From Squalus acanthias (taxonomy: Eukaryota), in assembly GCA_030390025.1 (NCBI GenBank), contig CM059431.1, positions 95,730,001 through 95,794,000 of the forward strand: a stretch of 64,000 nucleotides of DNA, given 5' to 3'. Every line of letters begins with the position of its first letter. Position 1 is the stretch's first letter. The position numbers were made by a program, and so were the translations under genes. Shown here one piece after another: positions 39,401 to 51,361 of this stretch. The notes beneath the pieces were generated by a model. The model saw only the letters and a list, made by a program, of their open reading frames with translations, did no database searches and was not told the DNA's origin.

Positions 39401-40404
39401 AAAATAGCTACTACATCATTGCTCTGGGTGCGCATTGAGTTCTCAGATAGCATCTCTGCACTATTCATTACTGCCACTTTTGTGGTGATACTTTGAAATG
39501 TTTCTGTTCAATTAACTCATGAGTGAACATATCACGGGAAATTGTAGGTGCAGAGCCCTGGTCTTCTGTCCACTAATCGAAATGCAGAGAAAATCAAGGA
39601 TATCCACCCATCATTCCCTAAAACACACGTCCTATCCCTGCGGGAATTGCAGAATCGGCCCTGCTGTCTCCTGATCTCATCTGGACTACAATGCTCACTT
39701 TTCGATTCAACTCTAAGTTGGGGAAAGTTGCACGGGGTCATGAATAATGACGTTAAAAAGTGCTTAACAAATAGAAATCAGCTATTTGGAGGATTGGAGA
39801 TCCTTGGAGAGGTGCTACACATGGGCGAATAAACACTTTTTACTGACTTCTACCTTTTCACTAAAAATGAATGGTGAGAAAATATCATCCAAACTTCATT
39901 CTACCCATGCATACAACCTTCAAAACCTTTTATGAATGGGTTTGGGAATTATGATTCTTCAATTAAATGATAAAAATCTTACAAAGCGTAGCTCTTAAAT
40001 CTTAAAGCACTAAAATGTGTCTGTTTTGCCAAACTCAACTGATGAACAACAGACTGATGCTATATCCTGTCTTGTTCCTCTGTCTAAAATTACTGCAGCA
40101 CATGTGCCTGTACACACACATCTGTTGATGACTCAAACGCAAAATCAAGGAACATTCTCATAGCTTATAATGGATGCATTTACATTTTTATTTGAGGGGG
40201 GAAGGGAGGGATGAGGGAAAAGATTTTTCCAATTACCTCCTAATCTTGTCACATCATTTAAGATCAATGAATGGACAAAACAAAAATTTTGCATTCATCC
40301 ATCAAGTACACGTGCATGATGCAGGCATACTTTCCATGGGCTTCAAGAGTGGCTTATGTCATCACGTAAATCCTGCCACTTTCTGGGATGTCAGTATAAA
40401 AGGC

Positions 40405-41500
40405 GGTGGGAATCAGGGGGAAGACTCTCAACTGGCTGGAGTCATGTCTAGCACAAAGGAAGATGATTGTGGTTGTTGGAGGTCCATCAACTTAGCCCAG
40501 GACATCGCTGCAGGAGTTCCTCAATCCTAGGCCCAACCATCTTCAACTGCTTCATCAATGACCTTCCCACCATCATAAGGTCAGAAGTGGGGATATTCGC
40601 TAATGATTACACAGTGTTCAGTCCATTCGCAAATTCTCAGATAATGAAGCAGTCCATGCCCTCATGCAAAAAGACCTGGATGATATTTAGGCTTGGGCTG
40701 ATAAGTGGCAAGTAACATTTGCACCACACAAGTGCCAGGCAATGACCATCGCCAACAAGCGAGAGTCTAACCACCTCACCTTGACATTCAACGGCATTAC
40801 CATCGCCAAATCTCCCACCATCAATATCCTGGGGGTCAGCATTGATCAGAAACTTAACTGGACCAGCCACATAAATACTGTGACTACAAGAGCAGGTCAG
40901 ATGTGGGTATTCTGTGGCGAGTGACTCACTTCCTGACTCCCCAAAGCCTTTCCACCATCTACAAGGCACAAGTCAGGAGTGTGATGGAATACTCTCCAAT
41001 TGCTTGGATGAGTGCAGCTCCATCAACAGTCAAGAAGCTCAATACCATCCAGGACAAAGCAGCCCGTTTGATTGGCACCACATCCACCACCTTAAACATT
41101 CACTCCCTCCACCGCTGGCGCACCGTGGCTGCAGTGTATACCATCTACAAGATGCACTGCAGCAACTCGCCAAGGCTTCTTCGACAGCACCTCCCAAACC
41201 CGCGACCTCTACCACCTAGAAGGACAAGGGCAGCTGGCGCATGGGAACACCACCACCTCCTAGTTCCTCTCCAAGTCATACATTATCCTGTCTTGCAAAT
41301 ATATCGCCGTTCCTTCATTGTCGCTGGGACAAAATCCTGGACCTCCCTCCCTAACAGCACTGTGGGAGTATCTTCACCACATGGACTGCAGCGGTTCAAG
41401 AAGGCGGCTCACCATCACCTTCTCAATGGCAATTAGGGATGGGCCATAAATGCTGGCCTTGCCAGTGAAACCCACATCTCAGGAACGAATATTTAAAAAA
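40405..41500 (+). mobile_element. LINE-A 3' fragment
   Basis: LSTIYKAQVRSVMEYSP...KKAAHHHLL; same 3' tail as 1-1330. Confidence 0.9.
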
Positions 41501-42697
41501 ATGCAAGAAGCACCCACCTCCTTCCCGTTGGAATGATGAATCATGGGAAAGAAGGGGGAGACTCCAGAGTAACAAGTCCTGCCCAAAATTCCACTTCTCC
41601 TCCCTCCCCCCCACCCCTGCCCATGTACACCACACGGGCATCCTCCCAGAGCCAGAATCTCAGGGTCTTAACAATTTATAAATGAGTTAAACAACCATGA
41701 AAGCTGAAGCTCAGATTCTTTTAAATTGAATTTTGTTTTAGGTCAACAAAATTTTAAAAAAGTTACATCTGTGATTTTTGAGTTCCGACTTGAGTTACAT
41801 GCTCCATTTGTGACAAGTTATTACCTGCACAAGCCCCAAATCTCAGTGACAGCAGCTCTTCATCGAACAGCTAGACCAATGCTATCTCAACAGTGCTGAC
41901 CTCGGAACCTGCTGGTTGGCGACTGGCAAAGATTACAGCACTCCTCTAATCCAAATGGTTCACCACCGGGCCACTCAAACCACCACTGATCTGTAGAAAC
42001 AGGAAAGTGCAGTAATATAAATGATAGTTCCTTTTTGCACATTGCCTCACAAGACAAAAGAACACGCTCGATAAAGATTTAACATTTAAAATGCAAAGAA
42101 AGTGCCATACACAGACTGTGGGCTCTGACTTTTGCTGCCTGGGGTTTTGTTCATCTGCACCAACAGGGCAGCTCACTGGGACCCTTGGGGCCTGAAATGG
42201 GTCCTCTTGCAAATAGCTGGAGCCTCCTGTACTGCCGATTCGAATTGAAACCCACACACAGATGGAGCGGAGTAGACTCCACATTCACTGCTCTTGCACC
42301 TTCTGCTAACTTTACTATCACAGGAAGCCAGCTCTGCAGCCCCTCTAACCAAGGTCAGCTGACAAGAAGAATAAACAAAAAGACAAGTCTTGAATGTTGC
42401 ATATAGGCCAATTTTGAAAGGTACAACTAAATGAACTTGAATCAAGAAGCTGGAAGGTTGAAAAGCTTCAATGGGAGGAGACAGATGCTGGCATGGTTAA
42501 AATATAACCTTGGAAAAAAACCAGGTCCCAAGCCTGGAACCCACCTCCAAATAATACAGAAGCACCAAACCGCACATTCCACAAGTGGAGAAACTGAACA
42601 AAGCCCAGTCATCACTTTTTAATTTGCAAACTAAACCCTATTGGCCGAGGTCAAGAATCATTAACAGTCACTTTTTCTAATTTTTCGCTCACAGTTG

Positions 42698-43010
42698 CCA
42701 ATTTTCTCTCCCTCGCCCATCTTAGTTATGCTTCTAAAGTGTTGGGTGACAATTATTCATATCTGAGCCTCGAGTTGACAAGTGTATTCGACCGCAGCCC
42801 AGCTCATCCAATGCCCACACAAGGGCACTTCTGGTAGGTGTTGCTGGCTAGTGAGCAACAGAGGAAACCCTGCTGAATTTTCTCCTTCCTAACCTAAGGA
42901 CATTGAGGCCAATTGTAGATCCTCCAGCTGAGATCAGCTAACTCAACATAGGACGTAGGTTAATTCAGGCATCTTCCTGACCTCATCGCTCAGCTGCTTA
43001 ATCAGCCATC
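42698..43010 (-). mobile_element. LF-SINE-like element (old)
   Basis: Motifs gaggccaattgtag, gctgagatcagctaactca and terminal ccaattttctc match the reverse complement of the LF-SINE consensus as I recall it. Not database-verified. Confidence 0.65.
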
Positions 43011-44518
43011 TGGAAGGTAAGTGCACTTTTCATTGCAGTAACATACTGAAAGACACAGGGGGAGAAATTCGTGTGGTTTGCACCACATGTTAGCACCACG
43101 AGATGGCGCTCAAACACAGTTGAGAACTCTAACAACAACTGATGCCGGTTCCAGCGCCGCACGCCATATCGTGTTGCCGGTAGCGCTGCCACCGAACGCG
43201 ATCGCCGGGGACCTCGCCATCACAAAGATCGTGATGTCAGTGAGTGTGCAACACTCACTTGATGCCCGATCTCCCAACTTCATTGCAGCCAATGAACTTA
43301 CCAGCTGGAGTTAACAATGACAGGTTGAGGTGGTGTGCAGCAGGAGGAAGCCGGCTCCAGCGACGCTATTTAAAGGGATTATCACCAATCACTCACACCG
43401 GACAGGTTTTTGAAGTTTGAGTGGCTGTGTGCTACTTCCTGCTACTGCAAGAGTTTTCTTTAGTCATTTCAAGGTTCTTTGGTATCAGGGAGTGTTCTGG
43501 CAAGTACAAAATTCTATAATTATTTCTGAAAAGCTTCAACCTACAACACTTGGTAAAAGTCATGGGGGCTGTACTAGCAGTGGACCTCACCCTCCAGGAT
43601 CTACGGTGGAGGGAGCGGAGGCAGCGAGAAAGACAGGAACATGTGCGCAGAGGGAGGAGGAGGGCCATCAGGGCTCTCAACAGGAGGCCTTACCCTCCTA
43701 GGGTCTTCCGACATCACTTCTCCTACCTTCAATTAAGCGAGGAGCAGTGTATTAGGAGGTTCCGCTTCACCAAGGAGGTGGTCACAGAACTCTGCCACCT
43801 CCTGCAACCAGACCTCCAGCCTCAGACCAGGGTGAACATGGCTCTCCCAGTGGCAGTCAAGGTCACCATGGCCCTCAATTTCTTTGCCAGCAGATTCTTC
43901 CAGTCTGCAGCTGGAGACATATCTAACATCTCAGAGTTCACCGTCCATTACTGCATCCGGGAGGTCACTGAGGCTCTCTACAGCAAAAGGGATTACATTG
44001 GCTTCCCGATCACCAGAGAGAAGCAGGACGAGTGTGCATGTGGCTTTGCCAGGATAGCGGGCTTCCCGATGGTGCAGGGCACCATTGACTGCACCCACCT
44101 GGCTTTGCGGGCACCGCATAACAATCCTGACATCTTCCATAACCGCAAAGGCTACCACGCACTTAATGTGCAGTTGGTGTGCGACCACACACAGCGAATC
44201 CTCAACGTCAATGCCCGCTATCCTGTCAGCAGCCACGATGCCTTCATCCTGCGTCATACTGGTGTGCCAGCACTCTTCCAGCCACCACATCAAGCTCGCG
44301 GGTGCCTACTCGGAGACAAGGGCTATCCGCTCTCCACCTGGCTCATGGCTCCCCTCTGCAATCCCAGCACTTGTGCCCATCACTCATATAATGAGAGTCA
44401 TGCTGCCACCAGGAACATCATCGAGCAGACCATCGGCCTATTGAAGCAACGGTTCCGCTGCCTTGACTGCTCGGGAGGAGCCCTCCAGTACTTGCCGGAG
44501 CGGGTGTCCCATTTCATA

Positions 44519-44652
44519 CGATAGCAAAATACTGCAGATGCTGGAAATCCGAAATAACAACAGAAAACGCTGGAAAAACTCAGCAGGCCAGGCAGCATCC
44601 GTGGAGAGAGAAAGAGAGTTGACGTTTCAGGTCGATGACCTTTCATCAGAAC
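44519..44652 (-). mobile_element. Short Penelope-like insert beginning at a hammerhead motif
   Basis: Reverse complement reads GTT-CTGATGA-A-AGGTC-ATC-GACCT-GAAAC-GTC-AACT...gatgctgcctggcctgctgag. Confidence 0.8.
44617..44652 (-). ncRNA. Minimal type I hammerhead ribozyme motif
   Basis: Canonical CUGAUGA and GAAAC cores, stem II AGGTC/GACCT, GUC triplet, short stem I GTT/AAC. Confidence 0.75.
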
Positions 44653-45112
44653 ATGGTGGTCTGCTGCATGCTCCACAACTTGGTCATCATAAGGGTGCAG
44701 TCCTTGCCAGCAGGGATTGCAGGATCACCTCAGAAGATGAGGAGGCAGAGGATCATGAGGAGGACAAGGACGAGGAGGAGGGGGAGGACGAGGAGGAGGA
44801 GGGAGGGCGGACGGAGGCAGCAAGACAATCGGCCTTCCGCACGGGCTGTCCGTGACCGGCTCATCAGACTCCGATTCACATGAATGAAACCCCAGATCCC
44901 CGTAGCTCACCACATCCCCATCATACAATCCCTGTCTCATGCCATATCACAGCGTCCTCCTAGGAGCAAAGCTGAAATAAGAGAGACCACAAAATATTTC
45001 AAACACAATTAATAAATTTATCGATAACCATATCATACATATCACATAAATTCTAATAACCCTTGTGCCTGCCATAGTTGAATAGCTGTCATTGTGTGCA
45101 AGGTGTGAGATG

Positions 45113-45536
45113 TCCCGACCACACTCGATCAGCTCTGATGGACGGGCCACATCGTCTGCATGCCCGATACAAGACTCCCAAAACAAGCGTGCTACTCGGA
45201 GCTCCGACACGGCAAGAGAGCCCTAGGTGGGCAGAGGAAACGCTTCAAGGACACCCTCAAAGCCTCCTTAAAAAAGTGCAACATCCCCAGCGACTTCCTG
45301 GGAATCCCTGACCCAAGACTGCACAAAGTGGAGGAGAAGCATCCGGGAGCGGAAGCCAAGCACAAACAACGGAAGGAGCGCACGTCAATCCAAGCACCCC
45401 ACCCACCATCTGCCCCACCTGTGTCAGAGACTGGAGGTCCCACATTGGACTCATCAGTCACCTGAGAACTCATTTTTAGTGTGGAAGCAAGTCATCCTTG
45501 GTTCCGAGGGACTGCCTAAGAGAGAAGAGAGAAGAG
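45113..45536 (+). mobile_element. RTE-clade LINE 3' fragment
   Basis: GHIVCMPDTRLPKQACYSELRHGKRALGGQRKRFKDTLKASLK; tail gagggactgccta followed by an (agaag)-like repeat. Confidence 0.85.
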
Positions 45537-45832
45537 CTAAAACCAATGCCTCGAAAGCTTCATCGGAAAACCTCTGGGCTCTCTCCCTGGGGTGCCGATC
45601 TGCCATCGGATTTGTAATTAAGTTCTACTTCTCCTTGTTCTCCTTGTCCTCCTTCTTGTTATTGTTGTTGTTGTTCTTCTTCTGGTTGTTGAGGCAGCTG
45701 CACACCCAACAATGCTGAGAATGAGGTGCTGCAGCAGCAATGAACCTCCCCTTTAAGTAGTGAATAAAGTCTGTGGCAATCATTACTTGCAATTAGACTG
45801 CCCCCGATATTGGGCCAGCTTTTCAGTGTAAC

Positions 45833-46070
45833 TCTTTTTGGTTGGACAGAACCAAATCACTGTAAATCAATTAAAACTTTAAATGAAACTTAATAAATCA
45901 AATTAAAATTTGGTTGCCCGGGGTGACGATGCACTCCAGTCCCCGCGGCGCCCACCGGTCGCGGAAAAACTCAAGCGTGCCGGCGGACACCGCGTGCTCC
46001 ATCTCCAGGGCCACCCGGGCGCGAACATGGCCGCGGAAGAGAGGCAGGCAATCGGGCCGAACGACCCCCT
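45833..46070 (-). mobile_element. 5'-truncated Tx1-like element with a perfect 17-bp TSD
   Basis: TSD CAGCTTTTCAGTGTAAC at 45816-45832 and 46071-46087. Homologous to 30900-31105. Confidence 0.9.
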
Positions 46071-46406
46071 CAGCTTTTCAGTGTAACGCTAATGAGCTTG
46101 AGCTTTTAGACGAGAATCATGACTGCAATCATTTTAATGAGGAGTGAGGACGAGTTTTGTGTGCATCCTAGACGATTTTCAGGTGATGCTACTTAACCAT
46201 TTTTAGTCTAAACACGCCTATTTCTTGGCTATAATGAATTTCTAGCCTATAATATTTTTGTCCAAGCTTGGTGCATTTTGCTGAAGGCATGCAGTGACAA
46301 TGTGATTAGTGTCTGGACCTCATTAAATAGTCCATGCAGGCACAAAGTGAGCACTGACTGTGCAGAACCCCCAGACTGGTTCACATCACATCAGTCCTAA
46401 TCAACA

Positions 46407-46962
46407 CTAATTGCTTGCTGTACCTGCATGTTAACTTTCTGTGATTCATGTACAAGGACACCCAGGTCCCTCTGAATACCAGAATTTCACTAGACTGATT
46501 CCTGGGATGAGGGAATTGTCCAATGAGGAGAGATTGAGTAGACTAGGCCTATATTCCCTAGAGTTTAGAAGAATGAGAGGTGATCTCATTGAAACATAAA
46601 ATTCTTAAGTGGCGTGACACGGTAGATGCTGGCAGGCTGTTTCCCCTGGCTGGGGAGTCCAGAACTAGAGGTCACAGTCTCAGAATAACGGGTTGGCCAC
46701 TTAGGACTGAGATGAGGAGAAATTTCTTCACTCAGAGGGTGGTGAATCTTTGGAATTCTCTACCCCAGAGGGCTGTGGATGCTCAGTCGTTGAGTATATT
46801 CTAGACAGAGGTTGCTAGATTTTTGGATATTAAGGGAATCGAGGGATATGGGGATAATGCGGGAAGGTGGAGTTGAGGTAGATCAGCCATGATCTTATTG
46901 AATGGCGGAGCAGGTTCAAAGGGCCAAATGGCCTACTCCTGCTCCTATTTCTTATGTTCTTA
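46407..46962 (+). mobile_element. CR1 3' fragment with inverted 5' segment
   Basis: 46407-46481 is antisense CR1 (GIQRDLGVLVHESQKVNMQVQQAI). 46486-46962 is the sense CR1 3' end. Confidence 0.8.
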
Positions 46963-47254
46963 TAACAGAATCAGTGAACCCCTTGGCTCTATCTCCACGT
47001 GCCAAGAACAATCAAATAACATATGGAATGGGAAAGAGTAGGGCACACCTACACACTGCTCTGCCAGCCAAGGGGAACTTTACTTCACAGGTGCATAGAC
47101 AACCTGTACATTAGGTTATAGGGTATGGTACCCAATGGTTATGGTACTGGACTAGCAACCCAGAGACCATGGCCCAATATTTACAGGGTGGTGGGCAGGG
47201 AGCGGGGGATGGGGGGGGTGTTTTAGCAACCGGTGAAAACAACAAATTCATTCA

Positions 47255-48051
47255 TAAAGGGAATAGTTCCAGAGGACTGGCAGACAGCTAATGTGATTCC
47301 TATCTTTAAAAATGGAGATTGAACAAGTCCAGGGCACTATAGATCAATTAGCTTAAGATCAGTGGTAGGAAAGATAATGCAATCCTTACTCAAAGATGTA
47401 ATAGAAAAACATCTAGAAACTGAAAATATAATAAAGAGTAGTCAGCACAGATTCCAAAAAGGAAGGACATGCTTAACCAACCTTGTTGAATTCTTTGAAT
47501 AAATAACAGAAAATGTAGATAAGGGTAATGCAGAAGACGTAATATATTTGGATTTCCAAAAGGCCTTCGATAAGGTACCACATAGTAAATTCATGACTGA
47601 GGTCAGAACATGTGGAGTCAGGGGACAAGTAACAGCATGGATAGCAAGCTGGCTACAAAACAGAGAGTAAGATTAAAAGTAGGAATAAAACTCAGATTGG
47701 CAAAACATGGGAACTGGTATTCCACAAGTTCCACAAGCTGGGATCACTATTGTTCACCATTTACATAAAAAATTTGGACTCGGGAATGAGAAGCACAATT
47801 TCAAAATTTGCAGACCACAAAAAATTGGAGGGGTGTAGTTAATAGAGAGGAGAACAGTGATAAAATATAGGAATTTATTAATAAACTTGCAGAATGTGTG
47901 TGTAATTGGCAAATGAACTTCAAAATAGAGAAGTGTGAGGTGGTACATTTTGGTAGGAAGAATAAGGAGGCCACATGCTCCTTGGAAAATAAGTGTCTAA
48001 ATGGGGTAGAGAAACAGAAGGATTTGGGGGTACAGATACACAAATCACTAA
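47255..48051 (+). mobile_element. Old CR1 RT fragment, probably continued at 51771-52345
   Basis: Decayed RT motifs ending at QKDLGVQIHKSL. The 51.8-kb piece starts slightly further downstream in ORF2. Confidence 0.8.
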
Positions 48052-48318
48052 GGCTGGAATTTTCTTTTACCGAGGAAGCTCGGAACAGTGTTGTTCTGAT
48101 GATCCCACTCCTCAGAGCTGCTTTCAGTTAATGGAGCCTATTAAGGCCGACATGTGCATTTCTCGGCCCTATTAAATGGTGTGGGTCTGATGACATCATC
48201 GATGACTCATTTCCAGTGGGGATATTTAAAGCAGCCTCGGTCATATCGCATTTAAAGGTTCATCTAGGAGTGTGCAGGGAGGATATTGTAGGATCTTCTT
48301 ACTGCTCACATTTCAGAA

Positions 48319-48580
48319 CATGACTTCACAAAGACAAAACATGACTTTACAAAGACAGAGGGCTGCACCCAGGTTTTCAGATAACTCCCTACATATTCTT
48401 CTGGAGGGAGTCAGAGCACGCAGGGAGGTCCTCTTCCCTGCTGATGGGCGGAAGAGACCTCCCCAAGAGATAAAAAGAGCCTGGCTCCAAATAGCTGAGG
48501 AGGTCAACAGCAGGGATGTGGTGAGGCGGACCTGGGTGCAGTGCCGGAAGCGCTTCAATGATCTCAAGCGATCAGGAACG
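48319..48580 (+). pseudogene. Myb/SANT-like exon 1 (open frame); downstream exons missing
   Basis: RAAPRFSDNSLHILLEGV...AWLQIAEEVNS...RTWVQCRKRFNDLKRSGT|gtgagt. Confidence 0.85.
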
Positions 48581-48800
48581 GTGAGTGCAAAGCCACACTC
48601 ACCTTCATCCTGCTGTGCCTGTCACCACATCCGCATCACTCTGCCTTCCCAAGCCTGCTCCTGCACATCATTACTCACACCAACATACCTTGCACATCCA
48701 CCCATCCCTCTCTCTCTATGTACATACTCACAACCCCCTCTGACTAACCACCCCTCACACTCACCCTCATCATAATGCAATCATACCAAGTACAGTGTAC

Positions 48801-49870
48801 GGTAGCATAGTGGTTATGTTACTGAAACATATAGAAACATAAAAGATAGGAGCAGGAGTAGGCCATTCGGCCCCTCGAGCCTGCTCTGCCATTCGATGAG
48901 ATCATGGCTGATCATCCAAACTCAGTACCCTGTACCTGCCTTCTCCCCATATCCCTTGATACCTTTAGAAATATATCTAACTCATTCTTGAATATATTTA
49001 ATGACTTGGCCTCAACTACCTTCTGTGGTAGAGAATTCCACAGGTTCACCACTCTCTGGGTGAAGAAATTCTTCCTCATTTCTGTCCTAAATGGCTTACC
49101 CCTTATCCTTAGATTATGACCCCTGGTTCTGGACTCTCCGACCATCGGGAACATTCTTCCTGCATCTAGTTTGTCCAGACCTGTCAGAATTTTATATGTT
49201 TCGATGGGATCCCCTCTCATTCTTCTATACTCCAGCGAGTATAAGCCCAATTGACCCAATCTCTCCTCATATGTCATTCCTGCCATCCCAGGTATCAACC
49301 TTGTGAATCTTCGCTGAACTCCTTCCATGGCAAGAACATCCTTCCTCAGATAAGGCGACCAAAACTGCACACAGTACTCAAGGTGTGGTCTCACCAAGGC
49401 CCTGTACAACTGCAGCAGGACATCCCTATTCCTATACTCAAACCCTTTCGCTATGAAGGCCAACATACCATTTGCCTTCTTCACCGCCTGCTGCACCTGG
49501 ACTAGTAATCCAGAGATCTGGACGAATGATGTGTGAGACTTGAGTTTAAATCCCGCCAAGGCATTCTATTAATTGAATAAATCTGAAATAAAAAACTAGT
49601 ATCAGTAATGGTGACCATGAAGCTATCGGATTGTCGTAAAAACCCATCTGATTCACTAATGTCCTTTAGGGAAGGAAATCTGCTGTTCTTACCTGGTCTG
49701 GCTTATATGTTAACTCCAGACCCACAGCAATGTGGTTGACTCTTAACTGCCCTGTGCCACTCAGTTGTCAAGAAGGAGGCTCACCACCAACTTCTCAAAG
49801 GCAATTAGGGATGGGCAATAAATGCTGGCCTTGCCAGCGACGCCCACATCCCATGAATGAATTTTTTAAA
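48801..49870 (+). mobile_element. tRNA-derived SINE with LINE-A 3' tail, split by a CR1 (48825-49496)
   Basis: A-box TAGCATAGTGG. Head resumes ctggactagtaatcc at 49497. B-box-like gagtttaaatccc. Tail near-identical to 1234-1320. Confidence 0.8.
48825..49496 (-). mobile_element. CR1 3' fragment nested in a SINE head
   Basis: [16 protein letters not shown]...RMRGDPIETYK; agaaacat tail; CTG duplicated at the junctions. Confidence 0.9.
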
Positions 49871-50169
49871 AATGCACAAGAGTAAGCACATGGGTGTTTA
49901 AAGTAGTGTTAACAGGTTCCGTTACTGTTATGACACATATAAAACTATTTATTTTCACCACTTTCCGTTCATGCCCATTTTTGTCTGTTACTTTGGAAGT
50001 AGCTTAGTGAGTTGGAGTGAATGCTGAGTCACAATGTAACCTCCAGCAATGGGGGTCAGTGTGAAAGGAATGGCTTGGTCATTGTAGGGATGCTTTATGG
50101 TGTTGTTGGGGTGGGTGGGGGGGTAACCTGGCACAGCATGTGGTAGCCATATGGGTGCAATGCAGGAGG

Positions 50170-51361
50170 TTAAGTTAATCTGACCATGATGAGGCCATTC
50201 CTGGCCTCCCGGGCAGCAATGTGCTCTGGTGCTGCTGCCTTCTGGACCTCAGGTTCCTCCTGCTCCTCCTCCTCCTCCTCCTCTGAAGAGGCTGTGCACT
50301 CAGTGCCTTGCTCCTCATGCAGCTCTAATACTCATTGCTGCACTATGTTGTGCAGCGCGCAGCAGACGACGACGATTCTGGAGACCCTGGCTGGTGCGTA
50401 CTGAAGGGCTCCTCCAGATCTGTCAAGGCATCTGAAGTGCATCTTCAGCATGCCTATTGTTTGCTCTATGACACATCTGATGGGTTTTCATTATAGCGCT
50501 CCTGAGCCTCATTGCTTGGCCTCCTCAAGGGTATCATGAGCCACGTCTTCAGTGGATAGCCCTTGTCTCCAAGCAGCCAGCCGGTAAGTGTGTTTGGCGG
50601 TGCAAAGAGTTGAGGGAAAGTGGACTGGCGCAGGATGAGTCATGGCAGCTGCCAGGGAATTTAGCACACACATGCATGATGATCTTCCTATGGTTGCAGA
50701 TGAGCTGCACATTGAGGGAATGGAAGCCCTTGCAGTTCACAAAGACTCCTGGTGATGTGAGGTTGCCCTGATGGTCGATGATGCCCTGCACCCGTGGGAA
50801 GCCAGCCAGAGCGGCAAAGCCCAGCGCCCGCTCAGTAACACTGGCTTCATCAGTGGCAAAGTTCACATAATTGGTTGACTAGTCAAACATGGCATCGATG
50901 ATCTGTATGATGCATCTGTGGACGGCCGACTGCGAGGTGCCACAAATGTCTGCTGCAGATCCCTGGAAGGAGCCAGAGGCGAAGAAGTTGAGGGTGATGG
51001 TGACTTTGACAGCCACTGGTAAGGCGTGTCCACCCGCTCCTCTGGGCTGCAGCTCTTGCTCCAGCAATCTGCAAATGTCTGCGACGATCTGGCGCGATAG
51101 CCTGAGCCTCCTTTGGCACTGCTGCTCTGCCATGTTGAGGAAGCTCATCCTCTGCCTGTATACCATGTTGTGAGTATTGCTTCCAGCACAGTGCAGCCTT
51201 GCACTGAGGCCCTCTGTCCTGTGCAGCATCAGGTCGTTGAGAAGAAGATTGTTGGTGTTGTTGCTGCTGCTGCTGCTGGTGTGGCTGCTGCTGCTGGTGT
51301 TGCGGCTCATACTGGTCTGATTGTGAGAGGACCAAGGTGAGACAGTATAAACGGCACCCAT
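50170..51361 (-). pseudogene. Harbinger DDE transposase (HARBI1-like), frameshifted
   Basis: [64 protein letters not shown]. Confidence 0.88.

Larger units (their letters stand above)
43562..44883 (+). pseudogene. Near-intact Harbinger DDE transposase (HARBI1-like), interrupted by one ~134-bp insert
   Basis: Open frame from ATG 43562 to 44524 with [22 protein letters not shown] and RNIIEQTIG. The remainder (MVVCCMLHN...ARAVRDRLIRLRF) follows the insert. Confidence 0.9.
43058..46248. mobile_element. Harbinger element H-F; partner gene largely deleted; hosts Penelope-like, RTE and Tx1 inserts
   Basis: Ends GGGGGAGAAATTC / GAATTTCTAGCCT with flanks ACA/ATA (imperfect, so the right boundary is tentative). 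45080-45112 matches the H-C Myb intron near 16243. Confidence 0.7.

Noticed and set aside
43562..44524. Host domesticated HARBI1 gene
   Set aside because: It is one of several related copies inside TIR-bounded elements and is interrupted, so it is a transposon transposase. No gene symbol assigned.
48319..48580. Host MSANTD/NAIF1-type gene
   Set aside because: It lies within a Harbinger element opposite a transposase pseudogene, and the later exons are absent.
48801..48824. tRNA gene
   Set aside because: Only an A-box-containing SINE head, split by a CR1. No complete cloverleaf.
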